Below, piece by piece: positions 9,195 through 19,854 of a stretch of DNA of 64,000 nucleotides. The position numbers and the translations under genes were made by a program. The notes beneath the pieces were generated by a model. That model was not told the origin of the DNA, made no database searches, and worked only from the letters and a program-made list of their open reading frames with translations. This stretch comes from Bacteroidales bacterium (lineage in GTDB: Bacteria; Bacteroidota; Bacteroidia; Bacteroidales; JAADJA01), in the NCBI GenBank assembly GCA_016933115.1, contig JAFGBL010000090.1:1277-65276 (forward strand). The letters are read 5' to 3'. Every line of letters begins with the position of its first letter. Positions within the stretch are counted from its first letter, which is position 1.

Positions 9195-11600
9195 ATGATG
9201 TGGATTTATCTTGTAAGGCATATTCTCAGGTTTCGGTTTATCAATTTAATGGTCATCGGATTGCTGACTGCATTTATCGGTTATTATGCCTTGAAGGTTG
9301 AAATGTCATATGAATTTTCGAGCCTGCTTCCTGCTTCGGATTCTGCCAGCATGGTTTACAACGACTTCAAGCAACGTTTCGGAAAAGACGGAAGCGTACT
9401 TTTTATTGGTATTCAGGATAAAAATATTTTCGATGTCAATAAAATAGGTGGATTATACGATCTCACCTACGACCTGAAAGAAATTGACGGAGTTGAAGAA
9501 GTGCTGTCCATGGCCCGTTTGTTTAATATTACCCGGGACGATAACCTCAAGAAATTCAATTTTAAACCTGTTTTCGAACATAAACCCACCAACCAGTTAG
9601 AGGCCGACAGCCTGAAAAAAATAGTTTATTCTTTGCCATTTTACGAAGGCCTTTTACTTAACAGGTCAACCAACGTAAGCCTGATCGCCATAACGCTGAA
9701 TGAAAAGCAACTCAACACCAAAGGGCGGATCAAGCTGATCCAGAAAATAAAAGGCCGGGCGGACAAATTTTCAGAGGATTATTCCATAGATGTGCATTAT
9801 TCAGGGTTGCCATACATTCGCATTGTAACCTCCGAAAAGCTGGAGGATGAGCTGACTTTCTTTGTGTTCCTTGCCATGATAGTTGCATCGGTGATCTTGC
9901 TCATTTTTTTCAGGTCTTTCAAGGCAGTATTTTTCCCGATGCTCATCGTAATTATCGGGATCATTTGGGTCTTCGGAACCATGTCGTTGCTCGGTTATAA
10001 AGTCACCATGCTGACCGGGGTCTTTCCACCCTTGCTGATAGTAATCGTTGTCGAAAATTGTATTTTTCTATTAAATAAATTCTACAACGAATTTAAAAGC
10101 CACGGCAATAAAGTCAAATCACTTTCGCGGGTGGTACAGCGAATCGGCAATGCCAACCTGCTGACCAACGCGACCACCGCAGCAGGTTTTGCGGCATTTA
10201 TCATCACCGGTAATAAGCTGCTGGTCGAATTTGGTATCATCGCTTCCATCAACATTTTGGTCGCTTACATTTTAACTTTATTCCTGATACCAATTTTCTT
10301 CAGTTATCTGCCTGCCCCGAAAGAAAGGCACTTCAAGCACCTGGATGAAAGTGTGGTAAGTAAACTTATTAAAGTTGTTGTCCAGAAAGTTTTGCACAGG
10401 CGAAATCCGATCTATATTATAACCTCGGTTCTCGTAATTATCGCCATTGCCGGTATGACACAATTAAAAACTACGGGTAAAATCGTTGATGATATACCGC
10501 ACAAGGATAAACTTTTTACGGATTTGGAATTTATGGAAGCAAATTTTAAGGGTGTGATGCCCCTCGAAATTTCCATAGATACCAAAAAATCCAAGGGGGT
10601 TCAGAAAATGTCTACCATCCGCAAAATTGATGAACTTGAACAGGTGCTTGCAACCTACCCCGAGTTGTCAAAATCACTTTCAATTGCAGAAGTGATGAAA
10701 TTTGCCAAACAAGCCTTCTATAGCGGCAATGAAAAAATGTACAGCCTGCCGAACGACCAGGAAAAAAACTTCATCCTGAAATACATTCCCAACGTTAAAA
10801 ACGAAAAAAAGACCATCCTGAATTCCTTTGTCGACACCACCATGCAATATACCCGTATCAGTACGCAAATGGCAAATATCGGAACCTTTGAGATACAGCG
10901 GATAAAGGATGATCTCATGCCACGGATCGATTCGATTTTTCCAAAAGATAAATTCGATGTTCAGATCACAGGTACAAGTGTCGTTTTCCTGAAGGGAACC
11001 CAGTACCTGGTAAAAAACCTGTTTACAAGCTTGTTGCTGGCACTTATTGTCATCACAATTTTGATGGCATTATTATTTACCTCAATCCGAATGATCCTTA
11101 TCAGCCTTGTGCCCAATATTATTCCACTGCTGATGACTGCAGCCATGATGGGATTTATCGGTATTCCCATCAAACCATCCACTGTTCTGATATTTAGCAT
11201 TGCATTGGGTATTTCTGTGGATAATGCCATCCATTTCCTGTCGCGTTACCGCTTGCAACTGAAGATCAACAACTGGAACATCCGGGAATCGGTTATATCG
11301 GCATTGAAGGAGACAGGATTTAGCATGATCTATTCATCCATTGTGCTGTTCTTTGGCTTTATCATTTTTGTTTTATCATCGTTCGGCGGAACGGAATCGT
11401 TGGGCTATCTGATCGGTTTTACGCTGATCATTGCCCTTCTTTCGAACCTGTTTTTACTCCCTTCATTATTATTGACTCTTGACAAGCGGATCACAACCAG
11501 GACCTTCAAAGAACCGCTACTTGAAATTTTTGATGAAGAGGAAGATATTGAACTTGGCGACCTTGAAATAGAACAAATCGACACCAGGGGTTCGGCATAG
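9195..11600 (+). CDS. MMPL/RND-superfamily membrane transporter
   Basis: This 801-aa protein has two blocks of about 5-6 TM helices, each preceded by a large soluble loop. That is the classic RND/MMPL (SSD-type) topology. The C-terminal tail is acidic. Confidence 0.75.
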   Translation: MMWIYLVRHILRFRFINLMVIGLLTAFIGYYALKVEMSYEFSSLLPASDSASMVYNDFKQRFGKDGSVLFIGIQDKNIFDVNKIGGLYDLTYDLKEIDGVEEVLSMARLFNITRDDNLKKFNFKPVFEHKPTNQLEADSLKKIVYSLPFYEGLLLNRSTNVSLIAITLNEKQLNTKGRIKLIQKIKGRADKFSEDYSIDVHYSGLPYIRIVTSEKLEDELTFFVFLAMIVASVILLIFFRSFKAVFFPMLIVIIGIIWVFGTMSLLGYKVTMLTGVFPPLLIVIVVENCIFLLNKFYNEFKSHGNKVKSLSRVVQRIGNANLLTNATTAAGFAAFIITGNKLLVEFGIIASINILVAYILTLFLIPIFFSYLPAPKERHFKHLDESVVSKLIKVVVQKVLHRRNPIYIITSVLVIIAIAGMTQLKTTGKIVDDIPHKDKLFTDLEFMEANFKGVMPLEISIDTKKSKGVQKMSTIRKIDELEQVLATYPELSKSLSIAEVMKFAKQAFYSGNEKMYSLPNDQEKNFILKYIPNVKNEKKTILNSFVDTTMQYTRISTQMANIGTFEIQRIKDDLMPRIDSIFPKDKFDVQITGTSVVFLKGTQYLVKNLFTSLLLALIVITILMALLFTSIRMILISLVPNIIPLLMTAAMMGFIGIPIKPSTVLIFSIALGISVDNAIHFLSRYRLQLKINNWNIRESVISALKETGFSMIYSSIVLFFGFIIFVLSSFGGTESLGYLIGFTLIIALLSNLFLLPSLLLTLDKRITTRTFKEPLLEIFDEEEDIELGDLEIEQIDTRGSA

Positions 11601-11640
11601 AAAATTTCCATATATTTGCCAACCAAAATTTATTTTCAAT

Positions 11641-12510
11641 ATGAAAGGAATCATTCTTGCCGGGGGTGCCGGCACCCGCTTACACCCTATAACTTTGGCA
11701 ATTAGTAAGCAGATCATGCCGATCTATGACAAACCGATGATCTATTATCCGTTATCTGTATTGATGATGGCCGGGATCAGGGATATTCTTATCATTTCCA
11801 CTCCCCACGACCTGCCCAATTTTGAAAGGCTGCTGGGTGACGGCCATCAACTGGGTTGCAACTTCAACTATGCGGTTCAGGAAGTACCCAACGGATTGGC
11901 ACAGGCGTTTGTTATAGGCGCTGATTTTATCGGAAACGATAAGGCGGCACTGATTTTAGGAGATAATATATTTTATGGGGCCGGATTGGAAAAATTACTG
12001 GTTGAAAATAACGATCCAAACGGTGGTGTTGTTTTTGCCTATCATGTTTCCGATCCCGAGCGCTATGGTGTTGTTGAATTCGATGAGAACCAGAAAGCCA
12101 TTTCCATCGAGGAGAAACCCAAAGAGCCTAAATCGAATTTTGCTGTACCGGGTTTGTATTTTTATGATAACAGCGTGATCGAAGTTGCGAGGAACCTGAA
12201 ACCCAGCAAACGCGGTGAATATGAAATTACTGATGTTAACAAATTTTACCTGGAAAGAGGTAAACTAAAGGTTGGAATCCTTAGCAGGGGTACTGCCTGG
12301 CTCGATACCGGAACTTTCGAATCACTTCTTCAGGCTTCACAGTTTGTGGAAGTCATTGAGCAACGGCAGGGACTAAAAATCGGATGCATTGAAGAAGTGG
12401 CTTACCGTAAAAAATTCATCACTGCAGACCAATTGAACCAAATTGCCGAACCACTGATCAAAAGCGGGTATGGCAAATACCTGTTGAATATCATCGAGCG
12501 TAAACATTGA
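11641..12510 (+). CDS. rfbA: Glucose-1-phosphate thymidylyltransferase
   Basis: The N-terminus [18 protein letters not shown] and the overall 289-aa length are characteristic of RmlA/RfbA. The YGVVEFD and GTAWLDTGT motifs are also present. Confidence 0.92.
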   Translation: MKGIILAGGAGTRLHPITLAISKQIMPIYDKPMIYYPLSVLMMAGIRDILIISTPHDLPNFERLLGDGHQLGCNFNYAVQEVPNGLAQAFVIGADFIGNDKAALILGDNIFYGAGLEKLLVENNDPNGGVVFAYHVSDPERYGVVEFDENQKAISIEEKPKEPKSNFAVPGLYFYDNSVIEVARNLKPSKRGEYEITDVNKFYLERGKLKVGILSRGTAWLDTGTFESLLQASQFVEVIEQRQGLKIGCIEEVAYRKKFITADQLNQIAEPLIKSGYGKYLLNIIERKH

Positions 12511-12514
12511 TTGA

Positions 12515-13489
12515 ATGCATACCTTTGATGACCTTACCGAAAAAATTAAAGAAGGAATAAAGGGAATTAACCTTGACCGGCAACCCCGTGAACTTTACGA
12601 CCCAATTTATTACACGCTTGATCTCGGAGGTAAAAGGCTGCGTCCGGCACTTTGCCTGTTGGCCTGTGATATCTTTGGAGGGAACATTGATGAAGCGCTG
12701 ATGCCGGCGATTGGTATCGAAATGTTTCACAACTTCACCTTGCTGCACGACGATATCATGGACCAGGCACCCATCAGGCGCGGAAAACCTACGGTTCATG
12801 TAAAATGGAACCCCAATACGGCCATCCTTTCCGGTGATACCATGATGGCACTTTCTTATGAACATATCATGAAGGCACCCGAATGGATCAGAACGGAAGT
12901 TTTTAATGTATTTAACCGGACTGCCATTGAAGTGTGTGAAGGGCAACAGTTGGATATGAATTTCGAAAAACGAAGCCGTGTTTCGATTAACGAATACATT
13001 GAGATGATCCGGCTCAAAACTGCTGTACTGCTTGCAGCCAGCTTAAAAATCGGAGCCAAAATCGGAGGGGCCGGCGACGATGATGCTCAAAAACTGTATT
13101 TGTTTGGTGAAAATATCGGAATTGCATTCCAGTTGATGGATGATCTGCTGGACGTTTTCAGCGATACCGATAAATTCGGGAAAATCAGCGGTGGAGATAT
13201 ACTGACAAACAAGAAAACTTTTCTATATTTAAAAGCCTTTGAACTTTCAGATACTGAAACACTTGAAAAACTTAAATTCTTATTTGGTGCATTTAAAGGT
13301 TCAGATGAAGAGAAAATCAAGGGAGTGAAAGAAATTTACAATCAATTACAGATTAAAAATCATACCGGGGAACAAATTGAAAAATACTATCGCCGCGGAT
13401 TGATGTTTTTAGATGAGGTTGAAATCGATATGCAGAAAAAAACCGAGCTGATGAAATTCGCCGAGATGCTTAAAAACAGGGAGAAGTAA
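12515..13489 (+). CDS. Polyprenyl diphosphate synthase (trans-isoprenyl diphosphate synthase family)
   Basis: The first Asp-rich motif is LLHDDIMD and the second is FQLMDDLLD. The GKRLRP motif is present. Length is 324 aa. Confidence 0.88.
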   Translation: MHTFDDLTEKIKEGIKGINLDRQPRELYDPIYYTLDLGGKRLRPALCLLACDIFGGNIDEALMPAIGIEMFHNFTLLHDDIMDQAPIRRGKPTVHVKWNPNTAILSGDTMMALSYEHIMKAPEWIRTEVFNVFNRTAIEVCEGQQLDMNFEKRSRVSINEYIEMIRLKTAVLLAASLKIGAKIGGAGDDDAQKLYLFGENIGIAFQLMDDLLDVFSDTDKFGKISGGDILTNKKTFLYLKAFELSDTETLEKLKFLFGAFKGSDEEKIKGVKEIYNQLQIKNHTGEQIEKYYRRGLMFLDEVEIDMQKKTELMKFAEMLKNREK

Positions 13490-13517
13490 TTGCAGAGTCT
13501 GATAATTGTGGGATGAA

Positions 13518-15452
13518 TCAAAATTCATTTTTCAGATTTTCCTTCTCTTCCTGCAAATCGCTCCAGTTATTCATTTCAAGCTCCAGCATCTTTTTGAATT
13601 TCTCATAATTTTTGGAAAGTTCATCAAAATCGAGGCTCTCATTTGGTGAACTCAGCAATCCATTGTGTCTAGCGATTTCAGCCTCCAACTCCCTGATTTT
13701 TTCTTCCGACCGGGTGATTTGTGTATTTAATTTCCTGATTACCTTTTCAAGTTGCTTTTTCCGTTCGTAGCCGAGTTTGTTTCCCGAAATTTGATTGGCC
13801 TCAAAGGTTTGCTTTTCACGGTTTTTTTCCAACTCCTGTAAAGTATTCATCTTTTTTGCTTCCATGAAATCATAGATATCTCCGAGGTATTCCTTGATCT
13901 TCAGGTCCCTGAACTCAAAAACCTTATTGGTCAGACCCTCCAGAAAATCACGATCGTGGGATACAACAATCAGTGAACCGTCGAAACTCAAGAGGGCATT
14001 CTTAAGTACATCCTTCGATTGCATATCCAGGTGGTTGGTGGGTTCATCCAGGATCAACAGGTTACTTGGCGTCAATAAAAGTTTGGCCAATGACAGCCGC
14101 GATTTTTCACCGCCCGACAAAACCTTCACCTTTTTATCGATGGTATCTCCACTGAAAAGGAAGGAACCTAAAATGGTCCTGATTTGTCTCCGGATATCTC
14201 CGGTTGCAATATCATCGATGGTTTCAAATACGGTTTTATTGGGATTGAGGTAATTGGCTTGATCCTGTGCATAGTATCCGGTCTGAAGGTTATGTCCGAG
14301 TTTGAGTGTTCCTGAATAGTCTAGTTCTCCGGCCAGAATTTTGGAAAGGGTCGATTTCCCTTCTCCGTTTCTGCCCACAAATGCTACCCGGTCACCCTTG
14401 ATAATGGCAAAATTAAGATCCTGCAAAACAAGGAAATCATCATATTTTTTACTCAAATTTATACCTTCAACTACTACTTTTCCAGACCGGGGCGCCGATG
14501 GAAAACTGAAATGGATGCCTGATTCATCGATCTCATCAAATTCCACTTTATCAATCTTGTCCAGCATTTTTATTTTAGATTGTACCTGCCTGGCTTTGGT
14601 ATTCTTATACCTGAACCGCTCAATAAACTTTTCAATTTGCCGGATTTGCTTTTGCTGGTTGTTGTATGTGGCCACCTGCCTTTCGAGCCTTTCCTCCCGC
14701 ATTTGCACATATCCTGAATAGCTGGCTTTGTAATCATAAACTTTACCAAAGGAGATTTCTATGGTCCGTTCGGTCACGTTATCAAGGAATGCCCGGTCGT
14801 GCGAAACCAGGATAACAGCACCGTAATAGCCTTTCAGAAATTCTTCAAGCCACTGGATCGATTCGATATCCAGGTGGTTTGTCGGTTCATCGAGCAGGAT
14901 CACCTCCGGTTTTTGCAATAAAATTTTTGCCAACTCAAGACGCATTTGCCAACCGCTACTGAATTCCGATACCGGCCTTTCAAAATCGGTCCGTTTAAAA
15001 CCAAGTCCCAGCAGCACTTTTTCCGTTTCACCCTCCATACTTTGTCCTCCTATTAAATGATACAGGTCATTGGCTTCAGTAAGTTTCTGGATCAGCTGAT
15101 GGTATTCATCCGATTCATAGTCGGTTCTACGGGATATTTCGCCGGTCAGTTTTTGAATTTTCTTTTCAAGTTTGCGGGTTTCGCTAAATGCCGTTAGTGC
15201 CTCCTGGAATATAGAAACCCTGCTGCCGGTATCCATTTCCTGTTCCAGGTATCCGGTTCTTGTTCCGGTGGGAATGATAACCTCCCCCTGTTGGGGAACC
15301 AACTTTCCTGCAATGATATTCAGCAAAGTGGTTTTCCCCGAACCGTTTTTTCCTACCAATCCTATCCTGTCCCTGTTGTTGATGAGAAAAGAAACATTGC
15401 TGAACAGGTCAGAACCGGTAAAATGAATGGATAGATTATTTACTGATATCAT
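13518..15452 (-). CDS. ABC-F family ATPase (two ABC cassettes, no TM domain, C-terminal coiled coil)
   Basis: There are two Walker A sites (GKNGSGKTT, GRNGEGKST), two ABC signatures (FSSGWQMR, LSGGEKSR) and two Walker B sites (ILLDEPTNHLD, LILDEPTNHLD). The C-terminal tail is rich in charged residues. Confidence 0.9.
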   Translation of the reverse strand: MISVNNLSIHFTGSDLFSNVSFLINNRDRIGLVGKNGSGKTTLLNIIAGKLVPQQGEVIIPTGTRTGYLEQEMDTGSRVSIFQEALTAFSETRKLEKKIQKLTGEISRRTDYESDEYHQLIQKLTEANDLYHLIGGQSMEGETEKVLLGLGFKRTDFERPVSEFSSGWQMRLELAKILLQKPEVILLDEPTNHLDIESIQWLEEFLKGYYGAVILVSHDRAFLDNVTERTIEISFGKVYDYKASYSGYVQMREERLERQVATYNNQQKQIRQIEKFIERFRYKNTKARQVQSKIKMLDKIDKVEFDEIDESGIHFSFPSAPRSGKVVVEGINLSKKYDDFLVLQDLNFAIIKGDRVAFVGRNGEGKSTLSKILAGELDYSGTLKLGHNLQTGYYAQDQANYLNPNKTVFETIDDIATGDIRRQIRTILGSFLFSGDTIDKKVKVLSGGEKSRLSLAKLLLTPSNLLILDEPTNHLDMQSKDVLKNALLSFDGSLIVVSHDRDFLEGLTNKVFEFRDLKIKEYLGDIYDFMEAKKMNTLQELEKNREKQTFEANQISGNKLGYERKKQLEKVIRKLNTQITRSEEKIRELEAEIARHNGLLSSPNESLDFDELSKNYEKFKKMLELEMNNWSDLQEEKENLKNEF

Positions 15453-15478
15453 AATTTTTAAAAGATTCAGCCGGGTCG

Positions 15479-15486
15479 CAAAAGTA
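15479..15486 (-). promoter_or_regulatory. Candidate -7 promoter box (TACTTTTG on the minus strand) for the ABC-F gene
   Basis: Exact TAnnTTTG match, 27 nt upstream of the ATG at 15452. Confidence 0.45.
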
Positions 15487-15488
15487 TT

Positions 15489-15513
15489 AAAAAAAGGCCG
15501 ACCTGTTCCGGCC
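15489..15513 (-). terminator. Probable rho-independent terminator after the 1414-aa cargo gene
   Basis: GC stem ggccg (15496-15500) pairs with cggcc (15509-15513) around an 8-nt loop. On the minus strand it is followed by a run of 7 T (plus-strand A-run 15489-15495). It lies 27 nt after the stop at 15540. Confidence 0.5.
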
Positions 15514-15539
15514 AGCCTTTTTCAAATGTTATGGTAATT

Positions 15540-18500
15540 TTACTGTTCTATTACTATTTTTCTTGTTACCATTTCTCCGTCGGTAACCACCTGTATGATA
15601 TAAATTCCAGATTCAAACTGCGAAACATTAATCTGGAAATTAAAACCTTCGGTTGTGTTTTCAAATACTGCATTTCCCTTGTTGTCAACAATTTTTACAG
15701 ATTTGATTCCTATGACTGATTCAATATTGACCATTTCCTTTGCCGGATTTGGAAAGATGTTGACCGTTTTCGACCGGATTTCTTCCATACCCACTAGAAT
15801 TGGGATCGTTATGGTATTTGTAGCCGACGACTCACCATATTCAAATACGGCTGTACCATAATAATCATAACTGCCGTTGGGAAGATCCAAGTCGAAGTAT
15901 TCCATTTCCGTGATCAATTCATCGTTGATCTTATCACCGTCCCGGTAAACATTATATCCCAAAGCATCCAGGCAGGTTGGTGATGTATTCCAGAACAAAT
16001 GCACGTCATTTCCTTCCTTTTCACCCGAGAAGCTTGCCATTGGCAGCAAGGCAGGCACCTGCAAATTCACCTGAATATCCTGCGAAGGAATGGATTCTAC
16101 TCCATCATATACCGCAGTCACATAATAAACATAAATCCCCGGTTCCAAATCCGGATCGGTATATTCCATTTCTGTAACATTTGTAATCAATTCATCATCC
16201 CTATATATATTCCAGCTATCCGGCGGATCACCGGAAGGCATTTGCCAGGTCAGGAGAATATCCATACATTCAATAATAAAATTCAGGTTTACAGGCGGAA
16301 CCAGGCCGGGCACGAATAAGGTAACATCAACCACCGGGGAAGCTACGTTGGGGTCGGAAGTGAAATAAATTTCTGCTTCGTGTGTTCCGGGAAATATGTC
16401 AGTTGCATCCAAATGAAGAGTCATGTCAATGTCATCACCGGGACTAAGCGTTCCTGAACCCGGTTCAATATTCAGCCAGGTTTCGTAAGCTCCCAGTTCC
16501 AATCCCCAGATCCATTCATCCTGAACCAGTCCGCCAAGGGTCCATTTTCCGGCTATCAGGTTGGGATGGGTAAACAATCCACCTGCAATATCGGTAACGG
16601 TACCATTGAGTTTTGTTGTTAAATCAAGGGAGGCAACTTCATTTCCATCCGGCAACTGAATTTTTACAAGTGTATTGCTATTCGTTCCATTGGTGGAATA
16701 ACCCCAGAGGAAAGGACCTCCGTCACTTGATTTGTCGTAGGCTAATCCATAATAACTTCCGCCCGAAGATCCTACCGGGAAACTTCCGTAGACATTTCCC
16801 AGCTTGTCGAAAACATAAATGTCACTGCTTCCTTTATTGGCATAAAATACACCCTGGTCATCATTATAGGCAATTGCCCTAACATCGGTGGGCGCAACAA
16901 AAGTCCCTACGAGGGTCTGATTTTCAAAATCCATCTCATAAACAATATTCGTCTCATTGCTTCCATAAAAATGGTAGCCGTCAAACGCCATATCCCTGAT
17001 AAATCCGACCCCGGCAATGGAAAATGACTCAACAAAAGTTCCATCCATTTCATATTTATAAAATTCGGAACCACTCCATTTGGCAGTGTAAAAATAATTT
17101 CCGTCGGTTTCTATACCGATCTGGCTCGAAGCCCCGGTTGCCGGATACTGAAACTGTAAATCCAGATAATTCTTCGGATCATTTTTCAAACCCAGGACCA
17201 GATATGTGGCCGACCAGTTCAGCGGCCCGTTTCCTGAATTGCTGATGTTGATAGTTTCATCCTGTGTTTGTCCGTATTCAAGCGTAACATTAAAAGACAA
17301 TGGGCTAACTTCCATTGTGGGAGCTGTCAATTCAAAATCCTTTTGAATAGTCTGATCCTCCAGGATGGTTACCAAAGCATTTGCAGTATTATAGGCATCA
17401 TGAGAACAGGTAACGTTCCATTCACCGGTATAAACCTCTTCAATAAGGTAATAGCCATCACTGCCGGTGGTTGTGGAAAAAAATCCTGCAACATCGATTT
17501 CGGCACCTTCAATGGGATCACCTGTGCTCAATTCAGTAACATAACCTTCAAGGTTGCCTTTGGTTGCCGGGATAATAAACACGGTATAATCCTCAACCTC
17601 GCCATAAGTCGTGGAACCGCACGGACTTCCACAATCGGATCCGGAAAATTTCAGCCTTACCCTCATCACAGCAGGTCCGGGTGTTGCATTAATGGGCACA
17701 GTAAATTCAAAATTGTGGGTTGTTTGGCCATTGTTTATTACGCAAACAACCTGCTCTGATACCGGGTCAAATTCACAATCCCGGTTCCAGTCGATCCAAA
17801 CAGCATAATCATCTGATGAATAAACATTACCTGTGTGAATCGTCAGGGTATATGAAAAGTCGGGAATGACCAGGGTCGACATATCGGTAAAATCCTGGTA
17901 TCCGGCGCAGCCGGTTCCAAGGTTAACAATATCGCCCAATTCAACCCCATCGATAAATTCATCGCATCCGCCGCTGGCTGAACAAAAATCACACTGGTAT
18001 TCAAGCTGGAAGTTGACTTCCGTATCCTGCTGTGCACCTACAACCTGGTTCTGTGCTAGCCCGGCTAGATAAGTCGGATGGCTGGCCATGAGGTCATAAG
18101 TACCCGATTCAATCATTATTTCATAGGAGCCATCGCTACCGGTATAGGCTTCAAATGGTGTATTTAAAACACTAACCACCGCATTCTGAATTGGCGCACC
18201 CGAATTCAGGTCGGTTACGATACCATAAAACTTACCGGTAACACAAGGCAACGTGAAATCGACATTTTCGGTGGTTGCACTTTCGCTAACGATAATCCCT
18301 GTATTTGTTTGTTCATCATATCCATACAATGAAGCTGTAACATCATAGGTTCCGGGGTAAACGGCAAGCTGGTAATCCCCGGCACTGTTCGGATGGGTAA
18401 AATAAGGGCCGGCTTCAACCAGTACTTCTTCAATATTGCCAATATTGTAAGGAAGTTCTCCATCCAGTGCAACGTTACCTGCAATGTAACCCAATTCAAG

Positions 18501-19784
18501 GCTTCCGACAGTTAATTGAATGGGAATTGTAAAAGTACCTACCTCCGGGTCGGAGGTGAAGTTGATTTCAGCATAGTAAACATTTCCCTGGATCAATCCA
18601 TCGGTATCAAAATCGACATTCATAAGGGTATTGTTTCCAGGATCGATAAATCCATTTTCAGGGTCGATCGATACCCACGTCAAATCCTTTCCGTCGGTCA
18701 CTTCAACAAGCTCGGCAATCCAATTTAATAAACCGTTTCCATTATTTTCAATTGTTACAATTTCGGTCTCCTGTGTGTTCAGTTCAAGCGTCAGGGATAA
18801 AGTTGAAGGGCTGATTTCCATGGTTGGAGCAGTCAATTGAAAATTCTGTGTTGTAGTTACACCTTCTTCGATCAGCACATCGGAGGCTGTAGCAATGTTA
18901 TAACCCGGAAGCGTACAGGTAATTTGATAGGTGCCAATATTACAGGGGTCGATTTCATAGCTTCCATCGGCCAATGTGAATACGGTATAACTAAATGAAG
19001 GCCCTACAGCATGCACTTCTGCCCCTTCAACAGGATCACCGGTAGCCAGTTCAGTTACAGTTCCATTAAGTACACCGAATGCTAAAATAGTGTAATCAAT
19101 TTCAAGGTAAGGTATATTGGTTTCGTTCCAACCGTCAAATTCAAGATAGTATATATTAGATAAATCCCTTTCAAAAATCCCCACAGCAAACCAGCCCTGC
19201 CCACTTGTGATGGCATTTGTTAAATCATCCACTGCTCCGTTTTCCAGCAAATAATCATGCCAGCCGGGAGCATAAGTAGAAGATTCATTATTATAGGCAT
19301 ATGCGATTCCATCAGGAGATCCTGCTTCGGCAGTTGTCCAGATATCTGCGCCACTGGAGGTTTCAGGATCGATTGGCATGGGTGTTACACTCCAATATGG
19401 ATAATTTGTATTGGTAACATAACCGTACAACCTGATTGAATTGACCTGTACACTGCCGGGTATCGAAGAAATATCGAATTTCATCCAGCCGTTGTCTTCA
19501 CCACCACCGTATGAGCGGATATAACTGACTTCGGTTTTATTGATTCCATCCGTAGTACCGGTCCAGTAATCCAAGCTTTGCGGATAAACCTGTTCGATGA
19601 CACCAATAGCTTCGCTACCCTTTTGGGTTCCTGAATTTGAATTCTGGTTCTCATAAATGGGTAATTTTTCAAGGTAGATGCCATTCTTGATATCCTCAGG
19701 ATATTTTTTCTTCTGTGAAAAAGTCCACTGGGAGGTGGCAACCAATAGTGTTGTAAAAAGTAGAATTCGGGTAAATGTTCTCAT
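15540..19784 (-). CDS. Large T9SS-secreted multidomain protein (CarboxypepD_reg-like repeats, GEVED domain, propeller-like region, Fn3-like repeats, T9SS CTD)
   Basis: A signal peptide is present. Several segments resemble carboxypeptidase-regulatory-like domains, for example GxVTE(L)xTGDPxEGAEx...DGSYE. The GEVED signature is STTYGEVEDYTV. The C-terminus VNIFPNPAKEMVNIES...GIYIIQVVTDGEMVTRKIVIEQ is a T9SS type-A CTD. Confidence 0.8.
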   Translation of the reverse strand: MRTFTRILLFTTLLVATSQWTFSQKKKYPEDIKNGIYLEKLPIYENQNSNSGTQKGSEAIGVIEQVYPQSLDYWTGTTDGINKTEVSYIRSYGGGEDNGWMKFDISSIPGSVQVNSIRLYGYVTNTNYPYWSVTPMPIDPETSSGADIWTTAEAGSPDGIAYAYNNESSTYAPGWHDYLLENGAVDDLTNAITSGQGWFAVGIFERDLSNIYYLEFDGWNETNIPYLEIDYTILAFGVLNGTVTELATGDPVEGAEVHAVGPSFSYTVFTLADGSYEIDPCNIGTYQITCTLPGYNIATASDVLIEEGVTTTQNFQLTAPTMEISPSTLSLTLELNTQETEIVTIENNGNGLLNWIAELVEVTDGKDLTWVSIDPENGFIDPGNNTLMNVDFDTDGLIQGNVYYAEINFTSDPEVGTFTIPIQLTVGSLELGYIAGNVALDGELPYNIGNIEEVLVEAGPYFTHPNSAGDYQLAVYPGTYDVTASLYGYDEQTNTGIIVSESATTENVDFTLPCVTGKFYGIVTDLNSGAPIQNAVVSVLNTPFEAYTGSDGSYEIMIESGTYDLMASHPTYLAGLAQNQVVGAQQDTEVNFQLEYQCDFCSASGGCDEFIDGVELGDIVNLGTGCAGYQDFTDMSTLVIPDFSYTLTIHTGNVYSSDDYAVWIDWNRDCEFDPVSEQVVCVINNGQTTHNFEFTVPINATPGPAVMRVRLKFSGSDCGSPCGSTTYGEVEDYTVFIIPATKGNLEGYVTELSTGDPIEGAEIDVAGFFSTTTGSDGYYLIEEVYTGEWNVTCSHDAYNTANALVTILEDQTIQKDFELTAPTMEVSPLSFNVTLEYGQTQDETINISNSGNGPLNWSATYLVLGLKNDPKNYLDLQFQYPATGASSQIGIETDGNYFYTAKWSGSEFYKYEMDGTFVESFSIAGVGFIRDMAFDGYHFYGSNETNIVYEMDFENQTLVGTFVAPTDVRAIAYNDDQGVFYANKGSSDIYVFDKLGNVYGSFPVGSSGGSYYGLAYDKSSDGGPFLWGYSTNGTNSNTLVKIQLPDGNEVASLDLTTKLNGTVTDIAGGLFTHPNLIAGKWTLGGLVQDEWIWGLELGAYETWLNIEPGSGTLSPGDDIDMTLHLDATDIFPGTHEAEIYFTSDPNVASPVVDVTLFVPGLVPPVNLNFIIECMDILLTWQMPSGDPPDSWNIYRDDELITNVTEMEYTDPDLEPGIYVYYVTAVYDGVESIPSQDIQVNLQVPALLPMASFSGEKEGNDVHLFWNTSPTCLDALGYNVYRDGDKINDELITEMEYFDLDLPNGSYDYYGTAVFEYGESSATNTITIPILVGMEEIRSKTVNIFPNPAKEMVNIESVIGIKSVKIVDNKGNAVFENTTEGFNFQINVSQFESGIYIIQVVTDGEMVTRKIVIEQ

Positions 19785-19854
19785 AAGATAGATATTTATT
19801 AATTGATTATTTAATTACCATTTAATTTGATTTAGATTGAGCTCCCTAAAGTAA

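Noticed and set aside
12491-12946. 151-aa minus-strand ORF inside the polyprenyl synthase gene. Similar long antisense or off-frame ORFs occur at 27774-28238, 17268-17759, 6630-7070, 1105-1530 and 44684-45067.
   Set aside because: All are fully embedded in well-supported genes on the other strand or in another frame, with no motifs. I treat them as shadow ORFs.
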